From Escherichia phage EC121: a stretch of 64,000 nucleotides of DNA. The position numbers and the translations under genes are program-made. The DNA lies in sequence record NC_054909.1; one strand, given 5' to 3'. Under the pieces are notes generated by a model. It saw only the letters and a list, made by a program, of their open reading frames with translations. It was not told the origin of the DNA and made no database searches. Below, one piece after another: positions 58,580-64,000 of this stretch. Each line of letters starts with the position of its first letter. Position 1 is the first letter of the stretch.

Positions 58580-60673
58580 TTATCCTTGAACGAACTTGTA
58601 AGGCATGTTTGTAATATCTATGCAAGACGCAATAATTCCAAGAGATGATTCTACTTTTTGTTTAACATTTGATGAAACAAATGATGCAAAGTCAACTCTG
58701 TCTTCTATTTCAATATCACCTGTCATTGCAACTACTTCACCAGTTTCCATTAGACGGTCACCGTCATAAATTACTGATTCGGTGAGTTCTTCCGTAGTCA
58801 TAACTTCAGCTTGAATGAGTTTTGTATTATTAGATGTTGTTCCGTCATTATTAGAAGCATCAGTTATTTTATTAACTTTGACCATCAATCCGCGTGGTAG
58901 AATAACTTCAGCTTCTGTTGCTATTCCGAGACTTCCTGGATATACAACATTAACTTTATGAGCTCCATCAATTGCCCATCCTATTTGAACTTTAACGTAT
59001 TCAGGATTTTCTTTATACGCTCTTATTTCGTTTGGATTAATAGTTATTCCTTCTTCATTTTTATCAACTGTTAATTCATTACGAGCTTCTGGTTCTAAAA
59101 GACCAATACCAGCATGTGTAATTCCAAAACGTCCAAAAATGATAGGAGTTAAAGAAGTAGATACAAAATTTCTGAAATAGAATACTTTATTTTTAACTAG
59201 TGCTTCGTATATAGGAGCAGTCATACTTTGAGCACGATAAACTGTAATGCCTTCTGGTATACGGTCACCATTTTCAAAAGCTGAATCTAAGTTATTTATA
59301 GCAGATTCAATTTCTTTTTCACTCATTACATCATATCGTTCTGGATTGTAGCGTCCTAAAAGAAGATTATTGATGTCAGTATATCCTGAACCGCAATACT
59401 CTCTAATGCCGCGCTTTTGTGATGGAGTATATTTAGAACCATCACGGGCAATAGTAATATCAATCATTGGACCTGCACCAATTCCAGAAAAGCTATAAAT
59501 CATTCGTTTGAGGAATTTAGTTTTTGCTGCGTTCCAGGAATTTTTAGTTATTTCTTCCCAGACTTCATCTGGCTGTCCTTTACGGGTTTTATTATGTTTA
59601 TCAAGCCAATTATCTTTATATTCTTCAAAGAGTTGATTAACAGCTGCTGCGTATTTCTCCAAACATTTTATTGAAGTAGTTGGTTCATTTTTAATCGCAT
59701 TAAGAATTACATCTTTAATCTTTTCAGAAACTTCATTAACCTCACTTTTTGAAAAGAATTTATAGTCATAATGAAGTTCATCTGCAGTTCCTTCAGCAAT
59801 AATTTTTGCTGCCTTAGTTTTAGAAGCTAATGAATTAATTCCAAGCTTCATTTCTTCTGCTTCGGGAATTAAAGGAGCTGTAGCAGGTTTATTGAAATTA
59901 GCTGCGGTAGATTCATACTTCTGGAATAATTCACTTTCAAATCTAGAAGATTCTAATGATTGACTTTGTGCAATTGCTCTACGGGAAATTTTAACTTTAA
60001 CGATTACAGCTTGGTCAGAACGTTTATCGTTTTCTTGCGCAATAGATGCTGCAATTGCCTCATTTTTAGTTACTTGAGCTCCGGTATCTTTATTGATATA
60101 AACATCACCGACCTTCGATTCAACTTTAGTAAAGAGCTCGGTACTAATTTCTGGAACTCCTGGAATGTCTTCTAGTGATACATTTTTACGATGTATAAGA
60201 ATATATGCATACTTTTTATCGTAATCCCAGAGTTCCTTAAGAAGGACGTATCTGCCACCTGAACGACTACGGATAAGTCTATCAGCAATAACTTGAATTT
60301 GTCGAGCTTGGCCAGCAGTTTTAGACTTAAGAATACGAAGCATACAAGCATCAATTTTATATTGACGCATTGTTTGCATTGCAACAGTAAAAACTGAATT
60401 GATATAATTAATTGGGCTTGGACCAAGACCTTTTAATTTAGCAATTGAACCTTTAGCAGTTAATGTAAAAGGAACAATGTGCATCATTTTGTCGCCCATT
60501 TTTAAATCGCGATTAGTATCACCTCCAGATGTATATGTACATAAACGAAAGCCTGGTTGTTCAATTGCATCATCAACATGAACTGAAAAAATTTGTGGTA
60601 TTTTCTTCTTTGGATTTAAGTTTGTAATCGGAAGAGTAGTATCTTCGTCAAATAATTCTGTAATAAGTTCCAT
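58580..60673 (-). CDS. alt: Alt, capsid-packaged ADP-ribosyltransferase
   Basis: MELITELFDEDTTLPITNL... as I recall T4 Alt; motifs YRAQ, FVSTSL, EAEVILPRG; track starts one Met earlier (60676). Confidence 0.9.
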   Translation of the reverse strand: MELITELFDEDTTLPITNLNPKKKIPQIFSVHVDDAIEQPGFRLCTYTSGGDTNRDLKMGDKMMHIVPFTLTAKGSIAKLKGLGPSPINYINSVFTVAMQTMRQYKIDACMLRILKSKTAGQARQIQVIADRLIRSRSGGRYVLLKELWDYDKKYAYILIHRKNVSLEDIPGVPEISTELFTKVESKVGDVYINKDTGAQVTKNEAIAASIAQENDKRSDQAVIVKVKISRRAIAQSQSLESSRFESELFQKYESTAANFNKPATAPLIPEAEEMKLGINSLASKTKAAKIIAEGTADELHYDYKFFSKSEVNEVSEKIKDVILNAIKNEPTTSIKCLEKYAAAVNQLFEEYKDNWLDKHNKTRKGQPDEVWEEITKNSWNAAKTKFLKRMIYSFSGIGAGPMIDITIARDGSKYTPSQKRGIREYCGSGYTDINNLLLGRYNPERYDVMSEKEIESAINNLDSAFENGDRIPEGITVYRAQSMTAPIYEALVKNKVFYFRNFVSTSLTPIIFGRFGITHAGIGLLEPEARNELTVDKNEEGITINPNEIRAYKENPEYVKVQIGWAIDGAHKVNVVYPGSLGIATEAEVILPRGLMVKVNKITDASNNDGTTSNNTKLIQAEVMTTEELTESVIYDGDRLMETGEVVAMTGDIEIEDRVDFASFVSSNVKQKVESSLGIIASCIDITNMPYKFVQG

Positions 60674-60696
60674 CATAGCCTCTCTAGTGTTTATTC

Positions 60697-60704
60697 TATT
60701 TATA
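60697..60704 (-). promoter_or_regulatory. T4 late promoter TATAAATA for alt
   Basis: plus-strand tatttata, 24 nt upstream of the alt ATG. Confidence 0.55.
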
Positions 60705-60725
60705 AAATTAAAGGCCCGAAGGCCT

Positions 60726-60914
60726 TTAGTAATCTAGTGGTAAGAGAGTACGATATATTTCAAACTTTGGTCCTTTTTCATAGGCATCAAATGTTTCTGT
60801 AAATTTATTGTAAGCATATGCATCTACAAATTCGAGAATGACTTGTGATACAGAAGTAGAAACATCTCCACCTTCTTTTTGAGCAATGACAATTGTTTCT
60901 AAGTAAGCTTTCAT
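60726..60914 (-). CDS. Hypothetical protein
   Basis: 62-aa ORF, start overlaps the gene 30 stop. Confidence 0.5.
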   Translation of the reverse strand: MKAYLETIVIAQKEGGDVSTSVSQVILEFVDAYAYNKFTETFDAYEKGPKFEIYRTLLPLDY

Positions 60915-62374
60915 AAACCAGTTACCTCATGAAAATCGCCAAATACATCCTCGAATGTATTAGCTTTAGTTTTATCTTCACGTAAACGAATCGCAATCGG
61001 AAGAAATAATTTAACGTAATCAGTGCGGCCATCAGATTTTAACCAACCGTTGCATTCGCACTCTAGAATTTTTCCAATATAATAATTTTGGTTTTCCATA
61101 ATGCGAGTACGGTCAAGTTCATGCGATTTTACACCAGCTTTATCTTTTAAGCCTGAACCAGCATTTACTTTAATTTTTCCACACTCTGACTCAAGAATAA
61201 ATCCACCCGCTTTAGTAGGGTCTTTACGGTGAGGATAAATTCCTACAATTTTTAAATCAACATCAATTACTTCTTTAAATTTATAAAGATTTTTTGAACG
61301 AGCATTTTCCCATAATCCATCGATATTTTTGAGAATAATACCTTCAAGACCTTGGTCAATATACTTTTTGTAAATTACCTTAGCTTCATCTAGGTTATTT
61401 ACTACCTGGTTTTCAATTAAAATTACTTTATCATATCCCGATGTCATTTGTTCTAGTTTAGAAAAACGTACATCATATTTCAAACGAAATGCTGGAAGAC
61501 CATATATTTCTACTAATGGAACATAATCCCAGACCTGAAACTTCATGCATTGAGCTTCTTTTTCTGAAATGGTTCCCTTTAAAGATTTATTAGCGATTCC
61601 ATTAGAAGTAGTACGTGATTCAGCTACTTCGGCGAATTCTTTAGCTTTACTAATTTCAGGATAAGCATCAAAAAGAAAATCTAGGCCTTCTGGTTCCTTT
61701 TCAACTTGCTCATGGTATACCAATTCGCCATCAATTAACACACCTTCTGGATGAATCTGGCGAGCTTCTGCAGTCATTTTGATTAACTCTTCCTTGAGAA
61801 GATCTAATCCTAGATATTCATTACCAGCTCGTGATAAAAGACGAACATCATCTAATTCATCACCTCTGACTTCAGCAAAGCACCGAGCTCCATCAGCTTT
61901 TAACTGGGCAAAAGCTGGAAATTTGATATTCTTATTAATGCCTTTTTCATCATAAGAACTTGCCAGCATTTGAGGTTGTTCAGGAATTAAACCTGGCCAA
62001 ACTTTGTTTGCAATAGATACTGATGCACCACATTCAAGGTCTCGCATCATCACCCGACGCAAAACTTCAACATCATCTTTTTTACCGTCAGCAATATATC
62101 CAGTTAATTCCTCAATTGCCGCATTTCCGGTCAATTTCCGAGTAGCTAACGTGAATTCAATGAAGTCAAGCATATCGGTAAGAGTTAACATTCCAAAACT
62201 CTGGGTAGAAATACCCGGTTTAGGCCATTTCTTGATATAATACTGCAACCCACGAGAATAAGTCAGACGATATACTCGTTTAAGCAATTCATTATCTTTA
62301 TTCTTTTCAAGAATTGCTTGCTTCTGCTTAGTTGAACCAATAGATGCTATTTCGTTCAGAATTTTAAGAATCAT
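60911..62374 (-). CDS. 30: ATP-dependent DNA ligase
   Basis: 487 aa, MILKILNEIASIGSTKQKQAILEKNKDNE..., adenylation motif KADG (AQLKADGARCF). Confidence 0.97.
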   Translation of the reverse strand: MILKILNEIASIGSTKQKQAILEKNKDNELLKRVYRLTYSRGLQYYIKKWPKPGISTQSFGMLTLTDMLDFIEFTLATRKLTGNAAIEELTGYIADGKKDDVEVLRRVMMRDLECGASVSIANKVWPGLIPEQPQMLASSYDEKGINKNIKFPAFAQLKADGARCFAEVRGDELDDVRLLSRAGNEYLGLDLLKEELIKMTAEARQIHPEGVLIDGELVYHEQVEKEPEGLDFLFDAYPEISKAKEFAEVAESRTTSNGIANKSLKGTISEKEAQCMKFQVWDYVPLVEIYGLPAFRLKYDVRFSKLEQMTSGYDKVILIENQVVNNLDEAKVIYKKYIDQGLEGIILKNIDGLWENARSKNLYKFKEVIDVDLKIVGIYPHRKDPTKAGGFILESECGKIKVNAGSGLKDKAGVKSHELDRTRIMENQNYYIGKILECECNGWLKSDGRTDYVKLFLPIAIRLREDKTKANTFEDVFGDFHEVTGL

Positions 62375-62640
62375 TGTTCATCCTTTAGAGTTTGGTTTAC
62401 AGCTCTATTATAAATCAATTCATCATTAAGCTCAGTCAAAGACTTGTGGTACGTGGTTCTAACTTTATTTCCTTGCATCCAGTGCTTGACGTAAATGAAA
62501 CCTTGCTCTACACATTTTTTAAAAATTCGTTCGTCTTTTTGAGCTCGGAATTCTGGATTGCATCTAAAAAATTGATTTACGTGACCGTAATCACGTGTAG
62601 TATTACCTTCATTTTCATAAATAGTGTGAACAACAAACAT
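62371..62640 (-). CDS. Hypothetical protein (T4 30.1 position)
   Basis: 89-aa ORF, ATG at 62640. Confidence 0.6.
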   Translation of the reverse strand: MFVVHTIYENEGNTTRDYGHVNQFFRCNPEFRAQKDERIFKKCVEQGFIYVKHWMQGNKVRTTYHKSLTELNDELIYNRAVNQTLKDEQ

Positions 62641-63479
62641 TAGAATGCTCCTTGGAAAATATTATCACCACTAGTAGGTCTATTATACAAATACTCTATG
62701 CCACCAGGTTTAATATAGTTCCATGTCTGAAACGGACGTGTCTGATATGGATGATATAGATGATTATAAGGATTAAATCCAGGAGTTCTCCAGGTAGTGT
62801 TCCAAGGAAAAGAATCGTTTTTAACCATCTTCTCGATTACATCTTTTATAGCTTTTTCACAATCAAAACTTTCTTTATTTTCCTTCGGTGAAAAAAGCTT
62901 ATTCTCTACATCATTCCATGTATAAACTCGCTGCGCAGTTTTTGGAATACTGTCACGCTCCCCTCGAGCCATCCAATAAACAGGAACATTTAATATTTCA
63001 CTCGCGTGATCGCAGTGGTGAGCGAGATCGTCAATATAACAAATTACGTTATATTTCTCTTTTGCCTTTTTGAACAACTCTTCTTTTGAAGAATCATGAC
63101 CACACATCAATACTTCTGAGAAGGCACCAGGAAAAAGAGCATTCAAATTAAATTGACGATTTAGCAGAGCGTCAATAGAATCACCCAATGCTGTAACAGC
63201 TACAAAATTATAATCTTCTTTTAATTTGTTAATTACACACAGGGCATCTTTATACGGAGACAAGTAACGAATAAAATCTGAACGATTATACTTTTCGATT
63301 AATTTAACACCAAGTTCTTCATCGCAATTAAAGAGCTTACCAGGAGAAATAAATTTTTCGTCCTGAATCATTTTTAAAATATGTTCCAACGGAAGATTAT
63401 ATTTTTGGGCAAAATAAGGAAGGCCCGATTGCCAGCTTAAACACACCCCGTCAATATCAGTCAAAATAGTAGGCTTCAT
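62640..63479 (-). CDS. HAD-superfamily hydrolase-like protein (T4 30.2 position)
   Basis: 279 aa; N-terminal motif I LTDIDGV (DxDG[TV]) of HAD phosphatases. Confidence 0.65.
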   Translation of the reverse strand: MKPTILTDIDGVCLSWQSGLPYFAQKYNLPLEHILKMIQDEKFISPGKLFNCDEELGVKLIEKYNRSDFIRYLSPYKDALCVINKLKEDYNFVAVTALGDSIDALLNRQFNLNALFPGAFSEVLMCGHDSSKEELFKKAKEKYNVICYIDDLAHHCDHASEILNVPVYWMARGERDSIPKTAQRVYTWNDVENKLFSPKENKESFDCEKAIKDVIEKMVKNDSFPWNTTWRTPGFNPYNHLYHPYQTRPFQTWNYIKPGGIEYLYNRPTSGDNIFQGAF

Positions 63480-63934
63480 AGAGAGTCTCTTAATAGGTTT
63501 AACACATCAATAAATTCAGCTTCGGTTAGTATTGTATCATCTTTTGTTAGACCACTAGCCATGCTATGCTTCAAAACTTTTCCTTTCGAGGCTAGTAATG
63601 CATCACGAAAGCCCTTGTTTTGAATCGCTGCTTCAAAATATGCATTTGTGTACAACTCTTTCCACGCTGGTGAGTATCTTGAAAACGGAACTCCAAGCCA
63701 GAAGAGGGTCCCACGGTCCTGAGCTCTAGCATAAGACCTTCCAGCTTGTTGGGCGGCAAGCCCGGATAACCCAAATACACGACGTTGCTGTTCAACATTT
63801 TTCACCTTACATCCTTGGAGGAATCCTTCGAGACCTCCAAATTGAATGCCATCCATAACGAAAGGCCAATAGGCGAAATTACTTAATGCACATGATGGCC
63901 ACCTAAAATTACTTCTAATCTCTAACTCAGACAT
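63476..63934 (-). CDS. NADAR-like (YbiA/DUF1768-type) protein (T4 30.3 position)
   Basis: ATG at 63934 (track starts 2 codons earlier at TTG); LSNFAYWPFVMDGIQFGGLEGFLQGCK resembles the NADAR signature. Confidence 0.55.
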   Translation of the reverse strand: MSELEIRSNFRWPSCALSNFAYWPFVMDGIQFGGLEGFLQGCKVKNVEQQRRVFGLSGLAAQQAGRSYARAQDRGTLFWLGVPFSRYSPAWKELYTNAYFEAAIQNKGFRDALLASKGKVLKHSMASGLTKDDTILTEAEFIDVLNLLRDSL

Positions 63935-64000
63935 TTTCAATGCTTATAATTTCAACATCAGCCCAATGACCATAGTTTGGTAGACGAAATTCAACTGGCC

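Noticed and set aside
56519-63934. Alt paralogue pair plus the NADAR-like ORF as a possible toxin/antitoxin-style ADP-ribosylation module
   Set aside because: The genes are separated by DNA ligase and two other ORFs, are differently regulated (late promoter for alt), and follow the conserved T4 gene order; no evidence they form one operon or system

Overview
This window is a contiguous block of a T4-like (T-even, Tequatrovirus-type) myovirus genome, in the same orientation as the standard T4 map. It does not contain an undescribed multi-gene system that I can support; the novelty is confined to accessory insertions and small ORFs. Gene order: 5' end of an ipIII-like internal protein gene, lysozyme e, nudE, a run of small ORFs, small-RNA/tRNA cluster, ipI, 57B, 57A, 1, 3, 2, 4 (all minus strand); then the late morphogenesis module on the plus strand (53, 5, 5.1, 5.4, 6-12, wac, 13-20, 67, 68, 21-24); then rnlB, hoc, inh, uvsW, uvsY, baseplate-hub genes 25, 26, 51, 27, 28, 29, 48, 54, and finally alt, DNA ligase 30 and 30.1-30.3. 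Lysozyme, gp23, Alt, DNA ligase, UvsY and others are recognisable T4 orthologues from their sequences and lengths. Accessory content that differs from what I recall for T4: (i) 11 tRNA genes rather than 8, with added His, Asn and Tyr; (ii) an HNH homing-endonuclease ORF between uvsW and uvsW.1, and a GIY-YIG Seg-like ORF between inh and uvsW, with no inserted ORF at 23/24 or in the tRNA cluster; (iii) a late-promoter-driven ORF with a capsid-targeting-sequence-like N-terminus, flanked by a duplicated terminator hairpin; (iv) four tandem small ORFs sharing a conserved junction motif; (v) two tandem, translationally coupled Alt-family ADP-ribosyltransferase paralogues; (vi) a NADAR-like ORF and a HAD-like ORF beyond gene 30; (vii) six minus-strand early promoters of identical architecture with a stem-loop around the -10. 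The supplied ORF track extends ORFs to the furthest TTG/GTG/ATG; I checked start codons by hand and corrected several (genes 3, 11, 20, uvsW.1, two small ORFs). All comparisons to T4 are from memory, not from a database search.
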